Source: Nemertoderma westbladi
Lineage: Eukaryota > Animalia > Xenacoelomorpha
DNA: 64,000 nucleotides
Assembly (NCBI GenBank): GCA_032718475.1
Contig: JAUCBJ010005855.1
Location: 1 to 64,000, forward strand
Direction: 5' to 3'
In this document: positions 45,418 to 58,486 of the stretch, in pieces
Position numbering within the stretch: the first letter of the stretch is position 1
Layout: every line of letters starts with the position of its first letter
The notes under the pieces: model-generated
Databases searched by the model: none
What the model was told of the DNA's origin: nothing
Seen by the model: the letters and a program-made list of their open reading frames with translations, nothing else
Program-made: the position numbers and the translations under genes

Positions 45418-48400
45418 GTGTCCCATCTAAGGCCAAGAGTCTTGGTTGCTGGCAAGTCGTCAGTGCTATGGTCTAAGTCGTGGCTGCCTCTTTCCGCTTT
45501 GGGAATGGTGGACAGGAATTCCCGGGAGTTACTGGTGAACTTAGTTTGGCGGAAGCCACCTTTCTTCAGACAATCAACTGTTCCCTTAGCAACGGACACA
45601 GCTTCCTGTACAGTGGGCACGGAATGTAAATTATCGTCCATATAGATGTTTTGTTTAATGTTTTTGATTACTCCAGATTCATATAAATGTCTATTGTCTT
45701 CTGCCGTGCGAGAAACAATATGGCAGGCATTCGAAGGACTGGATATTAGCCCAAAGGCCTGTATATTCATCCAATACTCCTGAGGTGTTTTACTGGTATC
45801 TCCTCCAGGCCACCAGAGGAAACGTAAGCTGTCCTGATCCTCCTGTGTGACCTTGACTTGCAGGAACATTCCCTCAATATCAGGGGCAAAGGCAACATCG
45901 AATTGTTGTAAACGGATCAGTATTCCTGGAAGTGAACGCAGTAGATTGGGGCCGGCTAGTAATTGAGAGTTCAGCGATTGCCCCTTGTACAGAGCTGATC
46001 CGTCAAAAACTACTCGGACCTTGTCTGGTTTATCAGGTCTTTTCACGTAATGATGAGTGACATAATACGTGCGATCAGTATGGGGAGTATCAGGTGGCAC
46101 CTCAGTAGCATATCCTTCACTGATGGTTTTTGACATTTGTTCATTATACATCCTTAAAGCGTTGGGATCACCGTTTAAACGTCTCTTAAGTTGACTTAAA
46201 CGTTTCTCGGCCAAGACGCGGTTGTTCATTAACTTCACCGAGCCCTGTTTCATATCTACCTTCTACAGGGATTTAATGGGTGGTGGCATTTTTGATCTGT
46301 ATGGCTCGTTCTTCTTCGATGGATAGGGCTCTATCGTGAGAATTTTCTTCCATCTTTTGTTGATCCACCCAATTAGATATTTTTTATGTTAAAGCGGCGT
46401 TAGAGATATTTTTTTGCAATAAAATATCCCTATCCTCCTCGGTGTCTGTATAGTAGTTAGTTAATGGGGTCAATTCTGTTAGTAAACAGCGGGTGTAATC
46501 TCTGTATTCTAGCATTGTAATCGCTTCGTCTGTATTGAAGCGAGAGGTCGGTAGATCGTTATCGCTGGAGTCACTTGTATGGTCCGGAAATTTTGAAAAT
46601 TTTGTATTTATTCCAAAATCGGATCCTCCCTCCACGAATCTATCTGCTTCCATGATCCTGACGGGTTGTTGTGAACAGATGTAGTTAATAGAAAGGTCTT
46701 CAGAGTAAATATTATTAGTTAAAGTTTCATCATTGGTTGTTCTTTCATTTAAAGTCTTAATAGAAGGACCGGTACAGAACCATCCTATCCGCATTCTACC
46801 AGCGTATGTGGTCAATGGTGGAGGGGAACTGGGGAACTTTTCCAGAATTTCCATAGCCTCTGGTGCGTTCTGGCCGATCAATAATTGGACTCCTTGGCGG
46901 TCAAGTTTGTATCTCGGTATGTTGTTGTTTTTACAAAGTCGTTGCTGTCCCAATTGCTGCCCCAATCGCTGTCGTTGCTGGTGCCTGGCTTTTGCAAAAT
47001 TCTTTATGGCTACCATTTTAAAGTTATCTAGTTTACCCACATTATAGATGTCTATTGGGTCAGACAGTGAAACCTTGTAATAACGAGTTTGAATAACCGA
47101 TTGCCAAATTTGCATTACGCCCAAAAGATTTAATTTCATAGGGTGTCCATCGTTCTCGTCAAATAGTTCGATGGCAAGATCTTGGTCTATAAATTATCCT
47201 GAACTACCAGTGTCAAGTAAGGCGTTTACTATGATGTTGCAGTTGTTATAATGTAATCTTACTTGCAGAACGGGGAATTTGCGAACACCAATCGATTTTG
47301 GGCCGGATGTTTGCTGTGATATTTGTTCATCTGATGTTTGTTCTGGAGTGGTTGGCGACTCATAGGTGATGGCTTCATACACCATTACATGGTTGCAACT
47401 TTCATTATCGGTCGCAAAATCATCTGTGTCGAATTCTTGTTCCGAATATCCAGAAGAATCGTAGGGTGAATAATCAGTGAACTGAACTTTTGCTTCCATA
47501 TGCGGCACCATGTCTTTCTGATGTAAGATATAATGATGGTTGCCATTACATTTAATGCATTTATAAGTATCCTTTAGATAGCACCTGTTTCTGCTATGTC
47601 CGGGACACAAACATAGGAAACATACTCTGAGTAAACCAGCCGTTTCTCTTCGTTTCTCGAGTTTTAACTTGATGAACTCAGGACATTGTGATAATCTATG
47701 GGACTCTTTACTACATAATGAACAGCCAGCATAAGTTACTGTCTTAATAATTGGTTTAAAAGATTTTACCTCAGTATGCGTTGCGTTTTGGGTTTTAAGA
47801 GTTCAAATCGGGGTACGGTCACGTGAGGGTCTATCTGATTGACCTTTGCGTCTAGGAGATGGAGATCTAGGGTCCATTCGCTGTTGCGTCGTACGTTTAG
47901 TATTATCCGATATATTATAGGAACTCTCATTTTCCTCTGATTCTTCTTCGCATGTGGACAAATCCGTTTGATAGACTCGCTCCCGACGTTTAGTTGTAGG
48001 ATTTTTGTTGACTTTTGGGTCTGTGTTGCGTTCACGGCGTTGAGTAATCATAAGTAACGAGGATTCGTAATCGAGGTATTTTAAGAAGTCCTTCATGCCC
48101 AGAGCTGGTTTGTTATTAAGTTGCGCATTCAATACGTTACGATCCCATTGTGTGGATACACTGCCTTTAGGAAGAGATGTAGAAATCATACCAACAACGA
48201 CCGGGGTATCATAATATTCGTGTTTATCCAGCCAATCAAGTTGTCTGCAGATTTCTTTAATCTCGTCCACAAATTCAATCATTTCAGTACTTATCACACG
48301 ATTGCGATTAACCAACTTTCGATACAGATATTGCGCTACAGATGCCTCATCTCCGTATCTCTCATGCAACAGTTTCCATAATTCTTCTAATCCTTGTGGA

Positions 48401-49889
48401 TGTCCGATATATCTTTGCGCTAATTTCTTTGGACAGCCTTCTAAACAATCAATGAGGAAGCGTAGTTTCTCACTATTTGGTAATGGAGAACTAAATATAC
48501 TATCCTAACTACTAATATTCTCAATCAAATTTCTCAAATCTCAAATCAATTTCCATCAAATTTAATAATTTCACCAACTTTAACAGCTTGATGCGCTTCA
48601 GTATGCGCTAATTGGCGGTTAATGCTATCTTGAACTATAGTACTATTAAACATTGAGTTAAAATAATTTTTTCAGTCTAAATGGATTGTAAATAACAAAG
48701 TTGGAATACTGAGCAATGACTCAACGTACCCGTAAAGATTGAGCCTTTGCTGTAATAGACACCTGTCAGGTTTCAGCTCAAAACGATTAAAAACAACCAA
48801 ATGAGTTCAGGTTTTCTGTATCAGATAATTAGCCCTCTAGCGGCAGATGGGGGAACTTCAGATGGCTCTTAGTATTACGTTGCAACGAGTTACGGCAAGA
48901 CCTTTCTAACAAGCTATAGTAATCAAGATTTCATGGAGATGTGTTTGATTGTATAGCCGATGGAGACAGGGGGGGGGGACTGGACGCAAATCTCATCTTG
49001 TCGAATTAATATCCCGCCTCAATGTTAAATTCTCAATTTAGGGAGAGAAGCAGGTTACAGTGGCATGTTATTTTAACCAAAACAATAAACTAAAACAATA
49101 GAACAGGTTACAGTTTTATTTTTGAGAGTAATCAGCTGTTATTTGCGTCGAATTTCCACTGGAGAGGGATTAATTTTTATTGAGTCGAAAGTCACCCCTA
49201 TCTGAGCCGATGACAAAGTCACACAGACAATAATAATAATACAGAAATAATAATACAGTAAGTGGGCCTACAGAAATAATCACTTTTAATATTCAGAACA
49301 GTAAAACAATAAAAAAACTAAAATGGTATAAACCTCTCCTTCCATGCAGCCATTGAGAAAGCAGAATTAGTCATGGACAGTTCGCAACAGATAACCCATC
49401 CCAATCAACACTCCAGCCTGGCTTGCTACTTATCTGTGTCCAGCTAGCTTCGAGTTCATCCTGTGTAGCGAATACTTACATACTTTTTTACATCTATTTT
49501 ATACACCATTTCATTTTTAATCAATAAATAATCATACATATTTATATTAAACCATCGAATAAAATATAAATTTGTGAGAATGGGAAACGGCAAATCTACT
49601 CATGTTAATTTTATACCAGATGGGATAAATGTTACCCTTCTAAATAATTAATTACCGATAGAAGAACCGAAATAATTCGATAAATTTCGCCCGATCGAAC
49701 ACAAAATACGCATTCCCGCGAATAAACGTGGAAAAATAAAACCCGGAAACAGTGACAGCTGTCTGCATCGTGTTACGCATCGAATGAGCAACAAAGCAAG
49801 GAATGAGAGCGAAATCTGATGACTGTATCGATGGACATACAGTACATACATACATACATATTATATACATACAAACTGAGCAGATTTAT

Positions 49890-50195
49890 TTTGAGATCCT
49901 CTACGGTAAGGGCTATCCTATGGCCTACAAATCTACTAGTACGAAGCTATAGAATATCTCTAACCGTAAAGTCCAGTAGTATACCGCTTACCAGATCCTA
50001 GTAACGATGTATCTTACTGTAAGACTCTAGTAATGAAACGGGCTCGTACAGTATCTGACAACAAATCCCAGTCCAGGGTATCTAAACAAACAGATACAAT
50101 ACACAAACGACTACTGGCGAGGAGCAGAGCCTAGTGTCTATTCTATGTACGTGAGCGGGTCTAATGCCTACGAAACTAGACAAAAGGAAACCTAT
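49890..50195 (-). repeat. Fragment of the family A 5' leader; direct repeat of 51148-51423
   Basis: gagatcctctacggtaagggc...gagcgggtctaatg present twice; reverse complement partly matches ~17905-18140. Confidence 0.85.
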
Positions 50196-50467
50196 CCTCT
50201 ATTTATTATTATATTGTCCGTTATTATTTATATTATTTTGATCATTCGTCGTACCGACATTTCCATTATTATTATTTGTTAAAACATTATTTCCTATAAG
50301 AAATGTGTCATTATTATTAAGGTTATCCACTACGGTATTATTAATATTAACGTTCCCATTAAACGTATTGTCATTTTACATATATTTGTCATTTACACTC
50401 TCTCGCTAGCTCCCTTTCCCTTTCTAATAGCGCAGTCCCCTCATCCAGCTATCTCTCTAATTCCTTT

Positions 50468-50896
50468 TCAGTCTAATGCGACCATGTCTAGCTGACATGG
50501 CAGATCTATCTCTAACACCCTTCTTGCTTTTGCGGAGGATGTAGCGGACTTTTTGGTTGTGACAGACTCCTGTCGCCTGTTCATTCTACTAATTTTGCCA
50601 TGGTTGCTAGCATTTTTACTAACTGACGACACGTCGTGCGGATCCACCCATCCTACAAACTTAATACCCCACGCATCCACTAGATAAGGCCCTAAGTACA
50701 CTACACCAGGTGGCATTATCTCGGATCGCCACAACAGTTCTGTGGCAACCCCCCTCGCCCTCTCACTCGCCAGTTCCCCCTGCCCAAATCGGACTAGGTA
50801 GTGGAAATGTTTATTACACTCACTGAGTCTCCGGTACAACATGGGCTGGTCTACCTTTCCTCCAGTCTTAGCATCTTTGAGTATCTTTCTCGTCAC
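50468..50896 (-). pseudogene. Second diverged copy of the unknown ORF at 6045-6722
   Basis: Protein-level alignment given under the 6045-6988 feature. Confidence 0.65.
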
Positions 50897-51424
50897 GTTG
50901 TATTCATGTCGTAGGCAATTGCTCGTCCCGACATCTTCCTCCTGAACTTGGGCTTATGATGGTGTTGTACCATCGGCCCCACCGTTGACGTTACGGTGGA
51001 TAGTACGCGGTTTTGGATAGTACGCGTCGCCGTGTGCGCTGGCTGCTGAAAGGCTTGTGATATCTGAAAGTCCGGAGGCCGATAGAATAACTGAGTTTTA
51101 GTGGCAGTTGCTCGTAATGTCAGAATGCAATAATAGCACAATCAGTATTTGAGATCCTCTACGGTAAGGGCTATCCTATGGCCTACAAATCTACTAGTAC
51201 GAAGCTATAGAATATCTCTAACCATAAAGTCCAGTAGTATACCGCTTACCAGATCCTAGTAACGATGTATCTTACCGTAAGATCTAGTAATGAAACGAGC
51301 TCGTACAGTATCTGACAACAAATCCCAGTCCAGGGTATCTAAACAAACAGATACAATACACAAACGACTACTGGCGAGGAGCAGAGCCTAGTGTCTATTC
51401 TATGTACGTGAGCGGGTCTAATGT

Positions 51425-53723
51425 TCGTTAAAAGTTTGTGTAAACCTTTAAGTTTATCTACGGAGGCATGAACCCTACTTTCTATCCTTACCTGTAAGGT
51501 GTAGAACTCGTATCTCAATATCGTGGCGGTTAACTCGCGTAAAACGCGAAAACCTTCTCCGAGGTTTCGAGTAATCTGGGCCATGTGTCCTCCTATACTT
51601 CTAATGACATTTTCTTGGCTTCCCGCCAAGCTTACCATGTCTGGTTCCTGTGACCTGGTCTGCGGGACTGTAAGGAAATCCTCGATTCTGCCGTCGCCAC
51701 ACATTGCGGCTTCCAGTATTTCCGTTCGGGGTACCGGCGACGCACGCGGTGTGACATCGGTGGAATCTCGGGTTCTCCTTCTCGGTCCGTCTACTGTCGA
51801 TCTGTCCGGGTCGCACGAGTCATAGTCGGTAGGGGGGTATCGAGTCGAATGTGGTGTGTCACTCATGTCTTATTATATACGTCAAGTACGGGTAATAAAA
51901 TGTCAAAGTATCGGAATGTCGAAATGTCAAACTTACCTTGGTATATATATAGCATATATATACCCTAACCGGTACAAATAAATCAAAGTCAGAATGTCGA
52001 AATGTCAAAATGTCCAAATGTCAAACTTACCTTGATATATATATATATCATATATATACCCTAACCGGTACAAATAAAACTAACAAAGTATATAATAAAA
52101 TATGTAATAATCTAGCCTACCGGCTAAATTTGTAGAAATAAGTGAGATAACGGTATACGTTACCAAAATGTAGATCAACAAGTACAAATAATAGGCAAAA
52201 CAGCAACGTCTACGGAAAAATAAGTACCAACAACACTAATAATTAGACAGTGACACCCACAAATTTTGAGTACTACTGTGCTTTTAAGTTTGAACGACAT
52301 GAGTCGTAAAGCTTACGCTCCTTTGATCTTCCAGTCGTGCAAATTCCCAAATACAAACCGGACGTGGGTCGTTCGATTTTTTGGCGTTGCGGACGAATTT
52401 TGTGTCTCCCAAACTTTGCGAAAAGCGGTCTAATCTACAAAGCGGTCCAGAAATGAGTTCTTGAGTCCTGAAAAGTCGAAGGTGATAGTTTTACTTCTAC
52501 TCTACGAAAAATCTTCCTAGGTACCGATACAACTTGCTCTTTAAACCCTATGTAACTTTTCAAGTACCGAAAGTAACACCGCACACACACGGAGTAAAAC
52601 AAATTGCTACAAACTAACTATTAGCTAGTCAAATATTAAATACGAAACTACTAGCTACCCTAAAGCCTACTGAAGCAGGGGACGTTCTACAAATTACTAA
52701 TTTTACTAACCTTAAATTGTAAATATCTCCTACTTTTACAATAGCTAACAATATATAGTTATATATCTCACTTTTGGGATATATTTACCATTTGCAAATC
52801 GCAACTTGCAAATTTAGCAATATATATACCTCACTTTTGGGATATATTTACCATTTGCAAATTGCAACCTGCAAATTTAGCAATAAATATACCTAAATAC
52901 TGTAACTTGCCGCGGTGTGATTTATATGGTTTATATACGAGCTAGTGGGTTAACAGACCTAGCGTAACAATACTGATTTTCTGTACAAAATCAGTCTAAA
53001 GAGGGTCGTGCCTAATGTAACAATACTGCTGCTCAGACAAACAACAGTTTAATAACGAAATAAATACTCCTTCTTGCCGTAACTAAATATCAGATCCTAA
53101 ATTTACAAATACCAACAGTAAGATATATATATTCTGCCTAAAGTAATCTAAAGTGCGCTATCTAGTAGAACTCTAAGGGTAAATATGTTTTAGGGCATGT
53201 GTGTGTGGGTGTGTTACAATAAAACAATTTTGGTGTATATCATTTTACTAGGTTTTAGTGATTTTCTGACCAAAATAATACCGTGCGCTAGCTACGAAAA
53301 TAAGCTAGTCGCGTTTTGTAGAACTTTATACTTACAAATGCCATCAAAGCTCTCTCCTTCCTATCCACAACTCAACCGGGCAACCATGGTGTTAGTAACT
53401 ACACCCGTGATCGGCACAAATACCAGATTCTGGTTGTAAGATAAGAAATAGGGGTTAATTGCCACCGTACGTTAGCTGATCTGGTATACAAATTTTATTC
53501 TAGAACTTTGTTGCCGCGGTGGTTAGCAGCAATACCTATCAGTACGTGGCAAGGCGCGGTAGGATATTAATAAACCTCCCTAGGCCAAGCGGAGTGCCGG
53601 TAGCAGAAATACTCCTTGCCTGATCAAATAACTAAGGTTCAGACAAGGGGGGGGGGGGGTACTAATGTATATTCTACAAAGCGAACCGGTACCAAACGGT
53701 CAGTAGTACGAATCACTAAATTA
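51425..53723 (-). mobile_element. Family A 5' leader plus truncated gag start, following the 53724-54707 LTR (tandem second unit)
   Basis: Reverse complement of 16936 onward; MSDTPHSTRY at 51866; near-identical to 63325-64000. Confidence 0.9.
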
Positions 53724-54707
53724 TGGAACATATGCTGTCCGTACCTAATATGTACTCACGTACTGACAAACGGCAATAGTTTGTAGCTGTGAGGTATACA
53801 GGTTAACCCAGGGATTTGTAATACTGATGGGGGGGGGGTGGTTATCTGAATCTAACTATTTGATCCTAAATTTTGCGGCATCACAGAACGGCGTCACGCT
53901 TAACCTGATCTATAGGTCTTACGTCGGGGAAGGGCGTCAAACAAAGTCTTATCTTCCTCGGAAATCGGGCGCTGTATGGCAAGGTGGAGTATTTCAAAGG
54001 GCGAAGGGGGTGCGCGGTCTAAGCTAATGTGGAAGGTAGCGTGTTGTGGACATATTTTCCCTGCGTTGCTGACGGCCTAACGGTCTAGGCGGCCATCTTC
54101 CTAATGCTTGGCTGTCCCAAAGGTGGACGTTTAGAAATATACATGTTCAGAAGTTTGCAGTATATTTGCAGTTTAGCAAATGATTATCAAACAGATTTAT
54201 AACAAAACAAATAAAGTAAGCAAGATACAAGTATGACAACTAAAGTATAACGAGAAGTTATACACAAATGATTAGTGTGTGTCATAAGAGTGAAGTGATA
54301 ACCGAAGGCAAACCAGCCTTTATATACTAAATCTGGGACATAGAATCCGCTAGAACCTTCCAGAGCATTCCATGGCCTCACATTGGAGCAATAAGATGTT
54401 CTATGCCCTATGATTGGCCCAACTCATCGTGTTCCATGTGTTGTACGCACCTCATTGGTTTATCTAATTATACCAAATGAAAATAAATTGCCCAAAAATG
54501 CAAATTTCCCGACTGGGATTCGAACTCGTAACCTATCTGTAATGCAACCAAAGCCTTAACCATCTGACCACTACACCATGAGAGGGTTTTATGTGTACCA
54601 ATATGAATAGGCATATTACATTACTGTAATTTAATCAAAATGCGTCGGATTTTAGAAAGTTTTTACGTTAAACTACAAATGCTATCTTATAGTGAAATAA
54701 TCCATCA
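53724..54707 (-). repeat. Family A subfamily LTR (984 bp) shared between two tandem units
   Basis: TGATGGAT...GTTCCA on the minus strand, preceded by the same GGAGCGG tract; visibly diverged from the 15853 LTR. Confidence 0.9.
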
Positions 54708-56995
54708 CCGCTCCATGAAAACAGTAATTAAGACTGTTTTCACCAATCGAAATATAAACTATTTACAAAATATTTCTAGATCTACTGGTGGGGCCTAAAA
54801 TATAAAATAATCACTACCTAATTATTGCATACTTAATATTGCAGGTACGGCGTAAATACAATCCCTCATACATACAAAATACAAATTTACCAATTAACTT
54901 TACGTTACTTTACTTTACTTTACTTTAACTCCTAAAATTAAATTTACCAAATTAAATCAGTATTAAATATAGAATAAACATAATACGATAATATCTTTCA
55001 AATAAGTCTTAAAGTGTCCTCCTGACGAGCTGAAAAGTTCGTCCTGCTGGTCTGGATATCTTCTCCTGAGCACTAATTTCTAACGGTAGGCTCGCAAGCC
55101 TTCCTTCTCTATCTCGCTCCTCCAAAACCAACGTCGAATATAAATACCCAAATATAAATATCAAATATAAATATACAATATACAATATAAAAATATCCAA
55201 TATAACATCAAAATATAATATCCGAATATAATATCCAATCGGTAGGCTCGCAAGCCTTCCTTCCTTCATCTCGCTCTCCTAATCCTTGGCCGAACGGGCT
55301 CGTCTACGCCCTCTAATACGATTGGGTGGTGGTTGGGATCGAACTGGACTTGGACTTCGGTGTCGAGCTGTTGGTGGTTCCAAAACGCTAGGAAAGGGGA
55401 CGACGGGAGTTTCGCACATCCGTCGTGCGCTCAGTCCTCTAAATCCTCGTCCGATTCCAATTGTTGGCTTAACATCGGATCGAGTCTCCACAACGCTAGG
55501 AGGAAGTCGAAAGGGTGGGACTGTTCCGTCCGCTGGCACCTCGCTCTCTGACGTCGTTTGAATTCTAATGGGTTCCGGCAAAGCATATCCTGTCCCTCTG
55601 CGTGGTTCTCTAGCGAGGGAAACCGTGCCCCGAGTCATCCGGATTTGCGACTTCGATGTCGTCCTCTTGGCGACATTTACTACCTTCTTTATCTCTTGTC
55701 CAGCCTTCTGGGCTCTAAGTATACGAAGTTGCGGATCATCCTGTGGGTGATGCGTCCTTTCGGCTAACGGCGTGGCCTTGAAGCCAGTCTCACGCAAAAC
55801 GTCCGTCTCGTCTAGAATACATGAGGTTATGCGTTTGTGATAAAATGCGCTCCGGTATGCCCAAGCTATCGAATGCCAGGCTCCTCAATTCCGCTGTTTG
55901 ACTCGCAATTTGTCGAATTCTCCGGCGGTAATCTTGTTCACCACAGTTTGAAAGTTCCAAGTGTTCTTGTTGTCGGGGTGTACCTGTAGAAAGTAGTCCC
56001 GCACAACCTTAAATCCGCTATCCAGTGGCAATATATCCAGCACCTCCAAAAGTTCATCGTATTGAGGCATAGCTGACACGTATCCTTCTTTCGACATTAT
56101 GAGAGGGTTTACGGCCCAAAATCCCAAGTGTGCTCTCATAGGGAAACGGCGTCGCTGTGTCGATACATGCTCGTCTGCTAGATTCTCCCAATGGTCGAAT
56201 AGCTGTCAAATTATTTTAACTGACATATGCTCATAGGGGATGTCCCTAAGTTGACATTCTGATGCCCTATGACCTTTAATATTACAATACGTGCACTGCG
56301 CCACAAAACGCCAGCAAGTGTAGAAAGTGTGCGAACGTTGATCCCCGCACCAGTTACATACTAAGTCCAGTAGAGATATGTGTTTCGCTCCGCATTTCTT
56401 TGCGTGGTGGCCTGTTGCCCTGCATCTGCCACAAATAGTGTTGGCAGGGTACCAAACTCGCTCCGTCCCCGCGCGATGCACTTCCTTAAAGTCTGTAATA
56501 TGTGGAGGCACATTGCGTACGATTTTCTGTACTATCGTTCTACGCAACTCAGCTGACTCTAACACATCACCAAAGGTAACCGATGGGAGGAAATCCAGGT
56601 TCGAAATGATCTCCGGGTGTTCAACTATAGGAATCTCATAAGTTGTCTCCTCTCGGGTCGGTATACTAATAGGAAAGCTGGTTGGTCTCGCGACCGGTAC
56701 TATTGCTTTAGTAGGATGCGGCTGAGGTTCTCGCGTCATCTCGACATGAGGTATCTGTAGTCTCTGCGACAAACGCTGAGCAAAGGTGATACTATCGAAG
56801 ACCTCGGGTGTCATCTCCTTAGGTTTGGTTTGATCGTGGGATATCCAATAAAATGGTAGGCTCACGAGCCTTCCGCCAAACTCCTCAATCTCGCCTTTCT
56901 CATACGCTAGGTCTAGCGTCCAGGTCATCAGATTTCGTCCATCCTTGTTTCCTCTTGACCTTGGCGTTGGCTTTCAATTTAGATTTGACAACTGT

Positions 56996-58486
56996 TGTTC
57001 GCGGTATTTCAACTTTTCATAACGCGAGTTGAATATTTTTTGTATTTATTTAAAATGATTACTCCGATATCACTACTGGGTGCGGGACCATGGGTTTTGG
57101 GCACATTCAATGAACTGGGGGCGATTTATGGGCGAATATTGGGGCAACTTACAGGGTACGGGAATAATTTCATGTTTATAAGGGCCAGGGGTGGGAGGAA
57201 AAGTTAAGCAGTATTCAGGTTAGCCTGAGTACTATTAGGCCCTGGCCAACTTCCTGCTGCCTGTAGAGGTGGATTTGGTAACGCGCCAGGCCTAAAGGAC
57301 AAGGACTGCCCTTAGCGGTCCCTGGCCAACAGCAGTTATTACGAGACTGAAAAGAACTCGGAACGCCGGCTGCTTGTGTCAGGGATTTGCGACGGGAAAC
57401 GACAGCCCCCTTAGCTAAGCCGTACTGGTTCTCGATGACCGATCCCTTCGGGGTTCGCGAGGGGTAGGACGGACATGCGAAAGGGTTGGCCGACTTACAG
57501 AGGAAGGGTTTGACGAGGACTGCCCTTAGCGGTCTCTGGTCAACAGCAGTTATTACGAGCCTGAAAAGGACATCGGAACGCCGGCTGCTTGTACCAGGGA
57601 TTTGCGACGGGAACCGACGACAGACCCCTTAGCTAAGCCGTACTGGTTCTCGATGATCGTTCCCTTCGGGGTTCGTGAGTGGTGGGACGGACATGCGACG
57701 GGGTCGAAAGACAAAGGACTCGACTCTACTGGTCTACCGACTGTTCGGAGCAGTTTCTCGGCCACCGAAGCGACTATGAGCCTGAATAAGGACTCGGAAA
57801 GCCTAGGTGGTTGGGTCTCTGCGATGAACCGACGGACCCCTAGCCAAGCCGTACTGGTTCTCGATGATCGAACCCTTTGGGGTTCGGGAGGGGTGGGACG
57901 GACACGCGAACGGGTCCACCGACACGACAGACTCCTAGCCAAGCCGTACTGGTTCTCGATGATCAATCCCTTCGGGGTTCGTGAGGGGTGGGACGGATAA
58001 GCGACAGAGTCTACCGACTGGACCGACCCTTAGCCAAGCCGGGCTGGTTCTTGATGATCGAACCCTTCGGGGTTTGGGAGGGGTGGAACGGACACGCAAC
58101 AGGGTCGACCGACACCGACACTACAGCACTACGACTAGGACCGAGGGAAAATCTGGGGAACATTAGGTAGGCTAAAATCTGAGCGAACAGTGGGTAATTA
58201 AATAATATACTGTAGGAATTTATATTGTCGTGTATAATTATTGTGAATATTTGGTGTATATTGATTTGGGGAAGCCCAGTTAATTCTCAATCAGGGTTCA
58301 ACAGAGTTCAGTTACATTAAAGAGTATATCCAACTAATGCAGCTTTTCCTCAACCGCAACCTTGCATCTCAGAAATCATTCCTTCTCCACAATCAATATC
58401 CGGTGACTGGCCGGGACTCTGTGGTCTGTAAAGTCACGTCTCCAGCATCGGCGTTTTTCCCCCCTGGTGTAGGGATAACGGCAACA
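56996..58486. mobile_element. Solo LTR (1491 bp) of another family nested in the deleted copy
   Basis: TGTT...AACA ends with 5-bp TSD ACTGT (56991-56995, 58487-58491). Removing it restores EIKIDTVVK. AATAAA on the minus strand near 57045 suggests minus orientation. Confidence 0.88.
57411..58100. repeat. Five ~70-bp repeats with a CCC-TTCG-GGG hairpin inside the solo LTR
   Basis: tagcyaagccgtactggttctcgatgatcgaacccttcggggttcg.gaggggtgggacgga at ~57411, 57630, 57841, 57936, 58031. Confidence 0.88.

Larger units (their letters stand above)
35617..48650 (-). mobile_element. Decayed divergent BEL/Pao element (family B): partial gag, PR, RT, RH, IN and ORF3; LTRs not identified
   Basis: ALLDTGS; YYVTHH, DIEGMFLQV, YMDD; LFDPIG, FGDAS, NPADIPSRG; GVDLF, WWGGSWERL; many frameshifts. 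Confidence 0.92.

Noticed and set aside
57411-58100. Hammerhead, SECIS or CRISPR reading of the repeats
   Set aside because: Lacks the CUGANGA/GAAA core and SECIS apical AA; spacers irregular and partly duplicated
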